Shown here: piece by piece, positions 1 to 14,410 of the stretch | How the letters are laid out: each line of letters opens with the position of its first letter | How positions within the stretch are numbered: position 1 is the first letter of the stretch | Notes under the pieces: generated by a model | What the model saw: only the letters and a program-made list of their open reading frames with translations | Databases searched by the model: none | Told to the model about the DNA's origin: nothing | DNA from: Octopus sinensis | Taxonomy: Eukaryota | Direction of reading: 5' to 3' | Assembly (NCBI RefSeq): GCF_006345805.1 | Contig: NC_043006.1 | Location: forward strand, 83,452,001-83,516,000 | DNA: 64,000 nt | Program-made: the position numbers and the translations under genes

Positions 1-470
1 ATACAATAATTATTATTATTATTTTATTTTATTTTTACTTGTTTCGGTCGTTAAACTGCGGCCATGCTGAGCCTTAGAGAATTTTAGTCCAACAAATCGA
101 CCCTATTTCTCGTTTTTAAGCTTGATATTTACTCTATCGGTGTCTTCTGCCGAAGCTCAAAATTATAGGGACGTAGCCATACCAACAACGGTTGTCAATC
201 AGTGGTGGTGGTGGTGGTAGGAGCAAACACGGACACGTCACCCCCCCCCCAAAAAAAAAAACAATGTTCTCATCTCCTAAACAAAACCCGCCGAAAAGTA
301 TGTTTTATATAAATGAACAAGCTGTTTGTACATTCACAAAATTCTATTTGACAAGTTCGAGAAACGAACGAAAACGCTATAATAATAATGAAGAAATAAT
401 AAGATCTTTTTCCTAAATTCTGATTACTTTTTTTCTCAATATTCAATTTCTATACATCACACCTAACACT

Positions 471-521
<51 letters not shown>

Positions 522-576
522 TATATATATGTATATATATATGCAGCACACACATACATACACTCACACACACGCA

Positions 577-613
<37 letters not shown>

Positions 614-1164
614 ATGCTATGTACGTATATGTATGTGTTTATATGTGAGTGTGTATATATATTTGTAAATATATATGTATACATACAAAGCTTATATAAA
701 AAAGTTATTTTTTATCAAACATAACTAACACGGGAACTCTTTGATACCACCTCGTATATATGTATGTATATTTACATGTACATATGTAACAGAACAGACC
801 AGACTATCAAGTTTTATATACCATTGGCCACAATGCTCTTCTTTGCATTGTTGTAGCTTTCAAATTATGCCACACCGCTGGCGTAAAAGTCACCAAGTCC
901 ACAACACTCTTCCATAAACTGGATGCCAGTCCATTGGCGTTGACTCAGACAACATGACATGAAATGCTTAGCTGAAGAACACAATGGAACACAATGCACT
1001 TCCCAGTTAGAGGACTGAAACTGCGATCTTGAGTGCAATTATGAGTGCAACAACTTACCTCCAGGCCATGTTCCTTCACGTATATGTATATATGTGTACA
1101 TGTTTATATGTATATATGTATGCATAATATATGTGTGTGTGCGTGTGTACAGATGCGTGTGTAT

Positions 1165-1440
1165 GGACGTTAAATGATGATGATGATGATATATATATCT
1201 ACCCATCTGTCTGTCTCTCTGCCTATATTTATGTATCTATCTGTTTCCTTCTATTTTTATGTATGAATGCAATCAATGCTTTGTGCCTGACCTAAAATGT
1301 TGTAAGATCTATTTGTGATTCCAAATCACTTGACTATAATCTCCACCATTAGTAACTCACAGGAAAAGATCTCCTCCTTTTGAACTTCACGGTTTATCTT
1401 TCATATTATGAAATTGCAACTGTTTACGATGACATTGGCT
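1165..1440 (+). repeat. Copy 1 of a ~275-bp local direct duplication (copy 2 at 4142-4414)
   Basis: Read side by side: 4 substitutions and one GAT unit difference. Confidence 0.95.
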
Positions 1441-1512
1441 GCGGACAGACAGACGGACGGACGGACGGACGGACGGACGGACGGACGGACAGACGGACGG
1501 ACGGACGGACGG

Positions 1513-1553
<41 letters not shown>

Positions 1554-1586
1554 TAGATAGATAGACAGACAGATAGACAGAGAGAT

Positions 1587-1617
<31 letters not shown>

Positions 1618-1638
1618 TAGATAGATAGATAGATAGAT

Positions 1639-1680
<42 letters not shown>
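1441..1680. repeat. Compound tetranucleotide microsatellite (GACA)(GGAC)(GACA)(GATA)(GA)(GATA)
   Basis: Direct reading. Confidence 0.95.
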
Positions 1681-1681
<1 letters not shown>

Positions 1682-2139
1682 TTGTGTATGTTTGCATATT
1701 TCCATGAAACAGTTCTATTCTGGTGGTTATTGCATTCACTGATATGAATGAATTGTTCTAATCTCATTTAAAAACTTACAAATCAGATTATCTCAATTAG
1801 GCAATTTCATAAGCATTTATTTACTTATTCACCTGGCTGATTGCAATTTCATATGTACTCACACATACACAGACTTACATGTCACATGTACTTACTCAAC
1901 TCACACACACACTTACATGTCATACATATACACACACACACACATATGCAGATATCAACATTTTTTATCTCTTAGATTTTCTAGTGCAAATGTACGTATG
2001 TATGTTTGTATGTATGTATGTATGTATGTATGTATGTATGTATGTATATGTGTGTGTGTGTGTTTTGTGTGTATAGTCATAATGAGTGTGCATGTGTGTG
2101 TGTTCATACATGTGTATTTCTATGTATATGAATGAATGT

Positions 2140-2521
<382 letters not shown>

Positions 2522-2763
2522 CATCATCATCGTTTAACGTCCGCTTTCCATGCTGCACCAGTCTCCAGTGTGATCTGGCAAAGTTTCTACAGCTATGGTC
2601 ATGTTTTTTGTTGGGTCTTTTTTTTTTGTCAAATAAACACATGCACTATAGTGTGAGTGTTCATTTGGCAAAAAGAATAAAAATTGGCAATCCCTAAATA
2701 TAACAATATCTGTTTCAACACACCGCTTCACATCAGGAATCTTGCAAAACAAATTCATAGACA

Positions 2764-3132
2764 TGGCACGGCGTGTGGTAAGAAGCTTGCTTCTCAACCA
2801 TATGTTTCTGGGTTCAGTCCCACAGCATGGCACCTTGGGCAAGTGTCTTCTACTCAGACCAATCAAAGCCTTGTGAGTGGATTTGGTACATGGAAACTGA
2901 AAGAAGCCTATCGTGTGTGTGTGTCTCTTTGTGTTTGTGTCTGTGCCCCCATCACCGCTTGACAACCAGTGTTGATGTGTTTATGTCCCTGTAACTGAGC
3001 GGTTGAGCAAAAGAGACCAATGGAATAAGTACCAGGCTCAGAAATAATAAGTCCTGGGGTCGATACAGCCAACTAAAAGGTGATGCTCCAGCATGGCCAC
3101 AGTCACATTACTGAAACAGGGAAAAGAAAAGA
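2764..3132 (+). mobile_element. SINE family A copy
   Basis: Colinear with 46388-46790 (gtgtggtaagaagcttgcttc...gggttcagtccc...ggcaccttgggcaagtgtcttc...gctccagcatggcc...ctgaaac). Confidence 0.85.
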
Positions 3133-3154
3133 ATATATTTATACATGTGTGTGT

Positions 3155-3228
<74 letters not shown>

Positions 3229-3586
3229 GATAAACGTCGCCATTTTCTAAGCCAGGCTCATGGGCCCGGTTTCCTGGTTTCTGTGACATATGTGTTTCCC
3301 CCAGCTGGACAGGACGCTAGTCCATTGCAGCGTTACTCAAGAAACAGGAAGAGAGTGTGAGAGAAAATTGCGGCGAAAGAGTACAGAAAGAGGATAATAT
3401 ATTTATAGCATTAACAAAGGGAAACTCTGTCACTAACTCGATCGACTTTGTTTCTGTGTGTGCATGTGTGTGTGCATGTATGCGTATATGTGTGTGTGTG
3501 TGTGTGTTTATGTCTGTTCCCCACTCTCATATTTGTGTATCATGTTTTATCCATGATCCTTTCTTTGCCTTTATCTGTACCTCTCC

Positions 3587-3643
<57 letters not shown>

Positions 3644-3922
3644 ATATATATATATATAATATATATATATGAGTATAAGTAAGTATTTCATTTATTCCTT
3701 TGCCGCATTTATCACTGACGAAGAGAAGATTCTTATGAACTAACTCTGAAATCGGGTCCAATATGGTAATAATGGAATTCTTTAGAAATTTCTGTCAGCT
3801 TTCTTCGAGACACATACTTATAGTGATGAATTATATGGTTATGGACGATGTGTCTAGTTTCGGCATATTTGGCATTAGAAACTTTTTTCTTTTGCCCTTG
3901 TATATAAGTTGTTTATATATAT

Positions 3923-4164
3923 GTGGCACGTAAAAAGCACCAACCAATCGTGGCCATTGCCAGCCTCGCCTGGTACCTGTGCGGGTGGCACGTAAAAGGC
4001 ACCCACTACACTCATGGAGTGGGTGGCATTAGGAAGGGCATCCAGCTGTAGAAACACTGCCAGATCAGACTGGAGCCTGGTGCAGTATCCTGGCTTCCCA
4101 GATCCCGGTTGAACCGTCCAACCCATGCTAGCATGGAAAACGGACGTTAAATGATGATGATGAT
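3923..4164 (+). mobile_element. Family C copy
   Basis: Near-identical to 57143-57378 and 42960-43265; ends in (GAT)n. Confidence 0.88.
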
Positions 4165-4516
4165 ATATATATCTACACATCTGTCTGTTTCTCTGCCTAT
4201 ATTTATGTATCTATCTGTTTCCTTCTATTTTTATGTATGAATGCAATCAATGCTTTGTGCCTGACCTAAAATGTTGTAAGATCTATTTGTGATTCCAAAT
4301 CACTTGACTATAATCTCCACCATTAGTAACTCACAGGAAAAAATCTCCTCCTTTTGAACTTCACAGTTTATCTTTCATATTATGAAATTGCAACTGTTTA
4401 CGATGACATTGGCTAAATTTATCAACCAATCAATTATTAAATGTTACAAGATTAATCTAGTACTGGAGGCACAGGCACACATACATACATACATACATAC
4501 ATATAATTACATACAT

Positions 4517-4569
<53 letters not shown>

Positions 4570-4747
4570 ATTATATACATATACACACATATACTTATAT
4601 ACGTCACATACATAAATATACACACGCATACATATATTGCTATTAATATTTAGCGGAAGCAACAGTGGCTCAAGGACCAAGAGTTTCATGTGTTAGCACT
4701 TATCAAACTTATCTTATGTTTTGAGTTCTATTTTTCTTGTTTACATC

Positions 4748-4791
<44 letters not shown>

Positions 4792-5344
4792 CCCTCTCTC
4801 TCTCTCTCTTCCCCCCTCTCTCTCTCTCTCTCTATGTATTCTGTTTTGGAATATCTTGAACAACACACATAAATGTATGTTTGCATTCATGCATGTGTGA
4901 ACCCTTGTCTTGACATCATGTGATGCTTATTAACAAACCACCATCATACAAGAGAAGATGGAAATTCCAGTAAAAGAATGTAAACACCATGAAGATTTAA
5001 TCAGTTCCATCTTAGTCTTTGAATACATATATCTACCTACAAACCACTTCAGCAGGCAAGGAATGAGTTAAACAGAACATTGATTCTATCTATTTATTAT
5101 TTACCGTCAGCATATATATTATTTCAGCTCTCTGCTATTTGTGTTAATTTTGACAATAAGCTGTTGCATGTGTTACACAAGGATGCCATCTGCTCACAAT
5201 CAAATCGAGGATGTCTTAAATCTCTAATGCAACAGGCTGCTTCTAATAATCCACTTTCTTACCGTATTTGGTGGGGCGAGCAGATCTATTGCACAGGGAT
5301 GCAACTTAAGATGATAATGATGATGATGATGATAATGACAACAG

Positions 5345-5391
<47 letters not shown>

Positions 5392-5397
5392 GTAATA

Positions 5398-5959
5398 ATG
5401 CCTTGATGCAGTACCAGGTAGTAGCACTCACAGCTTCTGACCGTAACTGATTGGAAGTGTTATCATGTACATTGTTTTGTCTTGATATAAAGATGGGCTA
5501 CAGCAAATATTCTACTCAATACTACAGATCTGATTGTCAGTGCTTGACCTAACCAGTTTAGCATGTTCCTTGCTAGCTGACGATATGTGCATCTCTAATC
5601 ACAAGCAGAAGCAGTGGTGGGAGCATCATAGCCATGTGTTGAGAGGAATTCTTTTGGCTTTGAATAATTCATCTCTGGAAACATGGGTGTTTTGTTCATC
5701 ATCCTTAAACAACCCTTATTCAGGTACCTGTTGAACGGGATGGGATACTCGACATGAATAAAATTCTAACTGGGCCCCACCTGCAAGATCATGCACTGTT
5801 TATCTTCATATGAGATCACCATGTCGTGCACATATGGTTGTGATGTATGTGCCTGATGTACCCTTATCAGACGGGTAGTCATGTTGGGTATACTAGGCTT
5901 CATATATTTTACCCCAGTGTCACTTTGATGGCATGCTCTGCTCTCTCACTCAATGATAT

Positions 5960-5990
<31 letters not shown>
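5398..5990. repeat. Probable interspersed repeat (retroelement 3' region) between (AAT)n and (GAT)n tracts
   Basis: GC-richer ~590-bp block bounded by trinucleotide tracts; resembles a recalled octopus repeat. Only one copy in the window, so support is weak. Confidence 0.4.
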
Positions 5991-6878
5991 AATCCTTTCT
6001 ACTATAGACACAAGGCCTTAAGTTTTGGGAAAGAGGGCAAGTCAGTTATATTGAATCCAGTACTTAACTGGTACTTATTTTATCAAGCCTGAAAGAAGGA
6101 AAGATAACATCAACCTTTGCAGAATTTGAACTCAGAACATAAAGACATATGACATACCACTATGGATTTTGCCCAACATGCTTATGATTTGCCAACTCAC
6201 CACAATAGTGATAATAATAATAATATTTTCGGTAATAGGCACATGGCCTGAAATTGGGGGGTGGGGAGGGGGCTAGTCAGTTACATCAACCTCAGTATTT
6301 GATTGGTACTTATTTCATCGACTCCAAAAGGATGAAAGGCAAAGTCAACCTCAGCGAAATTTGAACTCAGTGTAAAGACAGATAAAATGCTTCTAAGCAT
6401 TTTGCGCAGCATGCTAATGATTCCACCAGCTTGCTACCTCGTCAGTAGTGATAATAACAATCATTGATAGTCTTGCTGGAGATCAAAGAAATGCTTCTGT
6501 ATTATGTGAAGAAATTCACTGTAATACTAAAAACACCCGGGTAACCTCCTCTGCCAATTTCTGATCCCTCGTTAAATTCTAACACATCGTTGTCATCAGT
6601 GATTCACAGATATTTATCTTCACCTCAGCCACATTTATTTTTTTACTGTTTTTATCCAATGTTTCATCAATGAGCACTCACAATAGTAATTAGTCAATAT
6701 TGGAGTTAATGTCAATCAATAAAGATTGGTGTTTAATTATGCGGTCAACGAAGGTCTGAAAGTAATTAGTCAACTTTCCACTTTGGTGGCCAATAAATAC
6801 CATTCAACTGCCATTATTCTATTATATATATATATATATAGATAGATTGATAGATAGATAGATATGTGTATGTATGTG

Positions 6879-6982
<104 letters not shown>

Positions 6983-7750
6983 ATACACACATAGAGAGAG
7001 ATATAGATAGATAGATGGGTAGATAGATAGATAGACAGATAGATAAAGAGAGAGAGAGGGAGAGAGAATTAGGCAGATTTAGGGAGAGAGAAGTACAGAA
7101 AAATATATAGAGAGAAAGAGATAGAGAGTCTTCATAGAACAATCTTTTAAATGTTTGCAATCAATAACCAATCAATAAAAGCTTGTGTTCATTCATCGGC
7201 AGTCATTTACTGGAGAAGCTTCAGCAAGTCAATGATGTAAAGCTTGTGTTTGCTCATTAACCAAACAAAATCAGTGCCATTGATGACTCAGTCAGTGAAA
7301 GTGTGCATTCAATTATCAATCAATATGCTCTAAGTTATTAATTTGATCCCTACTGGCATTCGTTTTCTCCTGCACTGAGAATCACACCTTTTGGCCCCAT
7401 TGAATTCATATTACATGTTTAAAGAGAATAAGGATTGAATTAGTTAGAAATACCAGAAAAATACAACATGTATTATATGTTTATGACTTTTCTTATTTTT
7501 AATTATTTAATTATTTATTAATGTATTTTATTTGATGTGTTTTTATTTATTTATTTATATATTCAGTTATTGTTACATAGGAGTGAAGCTTTCAATTTCT
7601 TGAAGGTGGAGACTTCCAGATTGTGTGATGTTGGAAAATATAACCATTTATTATTGACTTTTATTATTGTGGTTTTGCTTAAGGCAGGAGGTGGCAGAAT
7701 CGTTAATACTCCAGGTAAAATGCTTAGTGGCACTTCGTCCATCCTTACAT

Positions 7751-8030
7751 TCATCATCATCATCGTTTAACGTCCATTTTCCATGCTAGTTGGACAATTA
7801 GACTGGGGTCTGAGAAGCCAGGAGGCTGCACCAGGCTCCAGTCTGATCTGGCAGTGTTTCTACAGCTGGATGCCCTTCCTAACACCAACCACTCCGTGAG
7901 TGTAGTGGGTGCTTTCTACGTGCCACCGGCACAGGTGCCAGGGAAGGCTGGCAACAGCCACGATCGGTAGGTGCTTTTTACGTGCCACCAGCACGGAAGC
8001 CAGTCATGGTGGCCCTGGCATCGACCACGT
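7751..8030 (-). mobile_element. Family C copy nested inside a family B SINE
   Basis: The family B head (7680-7750) resumes at ~8032 (agttcaaattctgctgaggtcaactttgcc). Confidence 0.85.
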
Positions 8031-8427
8031 CAAAGTTCAAATTCTGCTGAGGTCAACTTTGCCTTTCATCCTTTCAGGACTGATAAATTAAATACCAGTT
8101 AAGCACTGGGGTCGATGTAATCGACTTATCCCCTCTCCCAAAATTGCTGGCTTTGTGCCAAAATTTGAAACCATTATTTTGTTTTTGTTATATTTTTGTT
8201 GATGTTAAATGAGAATCATCACCATCCTCATCACTGTGTTACCTTCCCTTTGTTGATGTTGACATAAGAGGTGAAGTAGAGTTTTTTTCTGAGGTAGTGT
8301 AGGCATTAGGAAAGGCATCCAGTTGTGAAAAACCATACTGAAGTCAACAATGGGGCACTATACAGTCCTTGGGACCGTCAGTTCCTCTCAAACCCATCCA
8401 ATTCATGTCAGCATGGAACATGAACAT

Positions 8428-8740
8428 TAAATGATGAAGATGACGATGATAATGATGACAATAATGATAATAACGATGATGACAACAACAACAATAACAA
8501 CGATGATGATGATGATTATGATGATGATGTTGATGATGACGACGACGACGACAACGATGATGATAGCAATGATGACGATGATGATGATGAAGATGATGAT
8601 AATGATGATGATGATGATGATGATGGTGATGATAACAATGATGATGAGGATGATGATGATGATGATAACAATGATGATGAGGATGATGATGATGATGGTG
8701 ATGATGATGACTACAACAACGATAACAATGATGATGATTT
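8428..8740. repeat. Expanded degenerate (GAT/GAC/AAC/AAT)n trinucleotide tract
   Basis: Continues directly from a family C tail (catggaacatgaacattaaatgatga...). Confidence 0.92.
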
Positions 8741-9392
8741 GATCATTTCTACTTGTACTTATTTGATCAAATTTGGCCGAGCCCATTTCTAACAGGACAG
8801 TATAATAAACTTGGAACTGTATGATACCAAAGCAAATAATACAAATTACATAATCCAGCTCCCTACCATCTGCACTTAAGAACCCAACCAGCCCTTTGGT
8901 CCGTTATTGTCAAACAGCTTAATATTATTTGAATTGATGAAATGAATTTCAGCTAAATTTGATTCAAATTTTTTTATCCCACAAAGCTTAATACAATAGG
9001 GAATAGCAGATGTCTTGTGTAAAACAGTAATCATAAACTCGTTATTTTCCCATCAGCTAATATTATACATTAGGTAATAAACTAGTTATTATCTTATGGA
9101 TTATCACACAAAGATCAAAACAACATGAGCTGGTTACAGCTACCTAATAATAATGATTTGTTCATATATAAAAGATTAAATGTTGAATTTAAACCCTTTC
9201 TATCTACACAAAACATAAATGATTAGCAAATAAATAATGTTTTTTATTATTATTCTTTCTTTTAACTTTAGGGAAGAGTCTAAATACAATTCTTTTTTTT
9301 TTTTTTTTGCAAATTGTTTCATATTTGACCCTTTTGGTACCAACCCACCTGAGTCAGTCCCTGATTCTATATAAGACAAATTTCTCATTTTT

Positions 9393-9745
9393 AAGTATTT
9401 TAAACTCCACCTGTCTAACACCCGTGGACATGTTTACAAAATCAGAAAACAGCACAGCTCCCATGACTTTTGGAAACATTTTTTCACGCTAAGAGTTGCT
9501 GAAGCATGGAACAGACTGCCGGCATCAGTTGTTAGTTGTCGGAGCACTGCATCCTTCAAAACTTCCATGCTTCCTGAGATTCGCCAACACTACACCTGAT
9601 TTTCTCCCCTCCATACACACACATGTATGTATCTGACTCATACACTGTTCACTTTCCAGACATTTTTACATTACTGCATATACTTTATATGCACTTTTGA
9701 CAAGTTGTGGTGCTGTATACAATAATTTCATTATTATTATATTAT
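9393..9745 (+). mobile_element. 5'-truncated CR1/L2-type LINE 3' end
   Basis: Frame 9393-9599 reads KYFKLHLSNTRGHVYKIRKQHSSHDFWKHFFTLRVAEAWNRLPASVVSCRSTASFKTSMLPEIRQHYT*, with the CR1 ORF2 C-terminal signature TRGH...FF.xRV...WNxLP..VV...S...FK. Followed by a short 3' UTR and (ATT)n tail. Confidence 0.85.
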
Positions 9746-10053
9746 TTTAAATTATGAACCTCCTGTCAAAATTTTATGTTAACCTAATCTAGGTTAAATG
9801 TGACAAAGCTATTTTATTTAATTTTCAACATAGCTGTGTGGTTAAGAAGCTTGTTTTGCAACCACTTGGTTTCTGTTCAGTCCCACTGCTAGGCACCTTG
9901 GCAGGACCATGAGAGTGTCAGGTAGAATGAATACTACACTTTGTGGTAGCTGTTTGAGTTCTCTGTACTCTGAGTTCAAATGCTGTCAATGACAATTTTG
10001 CATTTCATACATCCAGGGTGAACAAATAATATAGTAGTCAAATACTAGAGTCT

Positions 10054-10105
<52 letters not shown>

Positions 10106-10804
10106 AATAGGCAACATTGCATCCTGAGCATGATACAACATAGTCACAATTAGACCATTAAATTACAAATACAATCCATGCAGCACATGTCTACATCTCC
10201 TATCTACTTAATTTCACTCACCAGGCTTGGGTCAACTTTAGACTTTCACCTATCGTGTCACACAGTGGTATCAAATCCAAAACCTCAGAGATGTGAAACA
10301 AACTTCTTCTTAACCATTCAGTAATTCCCAAGGGCTGAGCAGTAGAATCAAATCTAGATCCATTTGGTCACATGAAGCAAATTTGTTCACATCACAGTAA
10401 TACTTACACCAAAATCTTGTACATATTTTTACAGTCCCACTTGTAGAATTACTTTGGAAGAAACAGGAAATGAAGAGTTTCATTGATTTTATTTTCCATT
10501 TTCCAAGATTCCCATTCCTAGATTTCCAATATTACTATTCAAGCATTTGTTAACACAAGCATTTGTTAACACATAACTTATATATACAAGTTTTATTGGC
10601 ATGTATAAGTAGCATATCTTCCATTTATAGTATTGATTTGTAACTAAACTATACATATGAATCAATAGCATATACTCAGTAAATGCTAATGAATGAATGA
10701 CTTGTAGACTGGGTGGGCCTTGTGAGAATGTTAGCTCTTGACTATAGTTTCGTGGCATATAGTGAGTGCAAAATAAATCTTCTACTGGATAGGGTGCTAA
10801 ACAG

Positions 10805-11102
10805 CATGTTTGTTCCTTCTCAAGCCATCCCTGGCTCATAAGGGCCAGTTTCCCGGTTTCCTTGGCATATAGGTTCTTCACCTGGATGGGACGCCGGTCT
10901 GTCACAGGTGAGATGCAGGAGGAAAGAGTGAGAGAAAGATGTGGCGAAAGAGTCAGCAGAAGTTCGCCATTACCTTACGCCGGAGCCATGTGGAGCTTAG
11001 GTGTTTTGCTCATAAACACACACATCGCCCGGTCTGAGATTCGAACCCGCGATCCCTCGACCGCGTGTCTGCTGCTCTAACCACTAGGCCATGTGCCTCC
11101 AC
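10805..11102 (-). mobile_element. tRNA-derived SINE (tRNA-Arg-like head), well preserved
   Basis: Minus strand: GGAGGCACATGGCCTAGTGGTTAGAGCAGCAGACACGCGG...GGGTTCGAATCTC, with A box TGGCCTAGTGG, ACG in the anticodon-loop position and B box GGTTCGAATC, continuing into a non-tRNA body. A related fragment lies at ~3232-3385. Confidence 0.8.
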
Positions 11103-14081
11103 CTAAACAGCATGGGTATTGTTCATAAATGATCTGGTATCTATTTCTTATATGTGAACTTCAAATAAGTATTTTTTCTTAAATTCTACCCAATTACAGT
11201 GGTGTAGTTGGAGTATATACCACCTGGAGCAGCCCTTGAGTGTGCCATGCCAACTCCAGACTTATGCAGCACACACAAAGGCGCTGCCCCTATAAAAGCA
11301 TCACCAAGGGTGGACCACCCCTCTTGTTCCTAACCACCAACAATCCACTCCATCATTACCTAGTCTCACCACCATCGTGTAAGCTGGTCAAGGTATTTCT
11401 GTGTTCAATGTCCTCACCAACAACTGATATGTAGCTGCCTTCCATTCATTTTCATTACTCTTCTTTTACCATCATCTCACTTCTGGCACTCTCTTCCTTT
11501 CCTTACAGTCATACTCTTTCTTTACTCACTACCTCACTCTGGTCTTCTCTCTGCCACTACTTTCTCTTCTGCCACACACTCAATCACATTCACTTTAAAC
11601 AAATGGAGACAGTATAATATTGACTCCTTCTGAAGACAAGGCAGCTCCTCTAGTGCTGGTGCCACACTAAAAGCGTTCCCAATACACTCTTTAAATTGGT
11701 TGGCGAACAAAATGAGACAACACAAGAAAGACTTTTAACTTTGCTAAGAGCATGATAAATTCTCTACTAGTAGTAAAATGAACCCAATACACTCCATAAA
11801 GCGATTGACGTTAGGAAAGGCATCCACTCCAAGTACCAATGACAAAATCCTCCAATCTATGTCAGCATGGAAAGCAGGCGTAAAATAATGATGACGCACA
11901 CGACGCATACACGTTCGTTCGTGTGCGCAAATATATGCTAAATGTACAAATTAGCATGTATCCACGATTATTCTTGACATCTTCAACGGTTGTTTTGGGT
12001 GACAGTTAACTACGAAAGCAAATCGATATTACTTATCCGATAAACAAGTGTTTGTGACATTTGAGAAAATGACTTTTTGATAATCGTCTTGGTCGTCTGC
12101 GACGTGAAGTGACTCTTTGATTAACGTCTTGATCGTATGTTATGTGTTTCGTGACAACGGCAAATGAACCTTGAGATATTTTGTTTGAATTGTCACATAC
12201 AAAGATTTTCCAAAATGACACACACAAAGATTTTCTCATTACCTTTTGGAACGATTTGAACCTTGATGTTAAGAGAAAAGACAACAATGCGTGTGTGTAA
12301 ATAAGGAAGTAAAGAGAGAGGGGGGAGAGACAAGGGAATAAATATAGATAAGAAAGAAAGAATAAAGACAAGCAGGAACAGATATAGATAGGTAGGAATG
12401 AAGAAGAGAGAAAGGGAAAATGGATATAAGTAGAAATGAGAAAGAGAGGGGAAGATATATTTAGATATTGGTAAGGGTGAAAGAGAGAGAGAGAGAACAC
12501 GGAGAAAAGACAGGCTGAATGAAAGGAATAAAGAAAGAGAAAAAGAAGAGACAGCTAGAGAGAGAAAGGGTAAATAAACAGAAAGCGAGTGCACAGTTCC
12601 GTTTATTCCATTCTACTAACAAGTCCTGGGCCGATCCAAGGCTATGATGAAAAATTCTATCCAAAGTACCCCGAAGTTGGATTGAATCTTGAATCTCATG
12701 ATTGTAAGCCTTATACATGCGAACTTCATAAATGCGAGCAACTCATTCCTGCATTCACGGTACATAGAATGGCTATGTAGCCCGTGTATTTTTATATATT
12801 TTAAACGCTCAGTATATTCATTTGTCGCCTTTATAACGATTATAATGTACAGAACACAAGCCAACGAGGGATCTTCTATGAAGTGAGCCTCGACCTGTAT
12901 GTAACAGTAGCTAAATTTCCAATAAATTATATCTCACTGTCTTAAAATATGAGAGACGTTATATGATGTAATAGTCTTAAACACACCAAACCTGGTTAAA
13001 ATAAAAGGCGGTAGGAAAGTCTTTGATAAAAGTTCTCCTCGATCAGGGCTAACCTGGAGTTAAACTATAGCAGCAGTAACAACGATCAGAATGGATAAAA
13101 CAAAGTATGATAAATGAAAAGCAGACAGATCGCTTTTGATAGTAAATTCTCAAAAATTGATTTATAAAAAAACATTCGACAATTCTCTGAAATTGAACTT
13201 TCTACACTTGTTACCGCCTTTAAGGCTATGTCGAAATAACAAAAAATAGGAAATTTAGTGGAATAATAAAAAAAGAAGAAGTATAAATAACCAACACAAC
13301 TTGTGAATCAGCTTTTGAACATTCTAAGTTTTTTTTTTGCTTTTTTTTATGACTAAGAAAACTGGCGACCGTAGTATGCAAGTATACACACACACTGTCA
13401 GGTAATTAGTTTGGTTGAGATCTAACTAACTGTGATGCATCAAGTAATGCTATTATTAAAAGATCCAATCTGAAGTTCTTAAGTCAAACTAAGTGCCCTT
13501 ATAAAAAAAAAAACTGTAGATATGAACACTGAATTCCCCTACCCTTCCGATTCACGGGAAACGTCAAACAGTGAGCAGTAAAACAGAAAAAATTGGGGCA
13601 GATAGAGAAGGGGAAACAAGGTCATTAAACATAGGGAGTCTGATAAGAAACGTTCTTATATATACCAACTTCGTCTCACTCATCGTACCTATATAAATAC
13701 ATAAACTTATCTTATTATACCGTCTCTTATATGCGTTGCATGACGTTGAGTGTGTGTGCGTGGCAGAGTGTGAAGACACTTATATCAATTTAATTATTGG
13801 GTAAGTATCACCAGCGCCGGATTAAACCACTAACAAAGAGAACATATGCTACGGGCCATGCATTTTGAAGGGCTATATCGTACTACATACTAGTGTGCGA
13901 TCTTCCCTCTAAGCTCGTATATGGTTTTCAACACGAAATCGAATTCTTTTTAATGAAGTCATTATTCGCATGAATGCACACAATTTGTAAAGAAAGACAA
14001 CATTCGCACACAAGCAAATTTCGTGCCCTCCCACAACAAAATATTAGTGGGGAACATTGAATACTTGTATACCGTATACTG

Positions 14082-14410
14082 CCTTCAACTTTTATGAACA
14101 ACTGGTTGTTTAAGATTGATCCAATACTTGGAATTTTTCCGAGATGCCATGCACCTTAAATGTTTGCAAATTATTAATTCCAATTCAGTGATTCTGCACT
14201 TGTTTGTTTCTGTTACTACAGTACTAAACAACCTTCAACTTTTATGCACACCGACAGGGTGTTTAAGATTAATCCAATATTTGGAATACTTTCGTATTCC
14301 AATAAACCTTAAATTAAATGTTTGCAGGCTATCAATTCCGATTCAGTGACTCTGCACTTGTTCTTCTACTGCTATAGTTACTTCAATGTCTTCCGCTTTC
14401 ATGCAAAAAT
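14082..14410. repeat. Diverged tandem duplication, period ~150-158 bp, ~2.1 units
   Basis: ccttcaacttttatg at 14082 and 14232, third start cttccgctttcatgca at 14390; shared gtttaagatt.atccaata.ttggaat and ttaaatgtttgca...ttcagtga.tctgcacttgtt. Confidence 0.85.

Noticed and set aside
3708-3750. CTGACGAAGAG...CTT hammerhead-like start
   Set aside because: No GAAA at the junction and no stem I or III.
8427-8786. Poly-Met/Thr and poly-Ile/Val ORFs
   Set aside because: Translations of a trinucleotide tract attached to a SINE tail; no splice context or homology.
11030-11102. tRNA-Arg-like sequence as a real tRNA gene
   Set aside because: No proper acceptor stem closure; continues into a SINE body.
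12033-12500. 155-aa minus-strand ORF ending ...RRRRPRRLSKSHFLKCHKHLFIG
   Set aside because: Mostly a CT-rich tract; the basic C-terminus matches no family I recognise.
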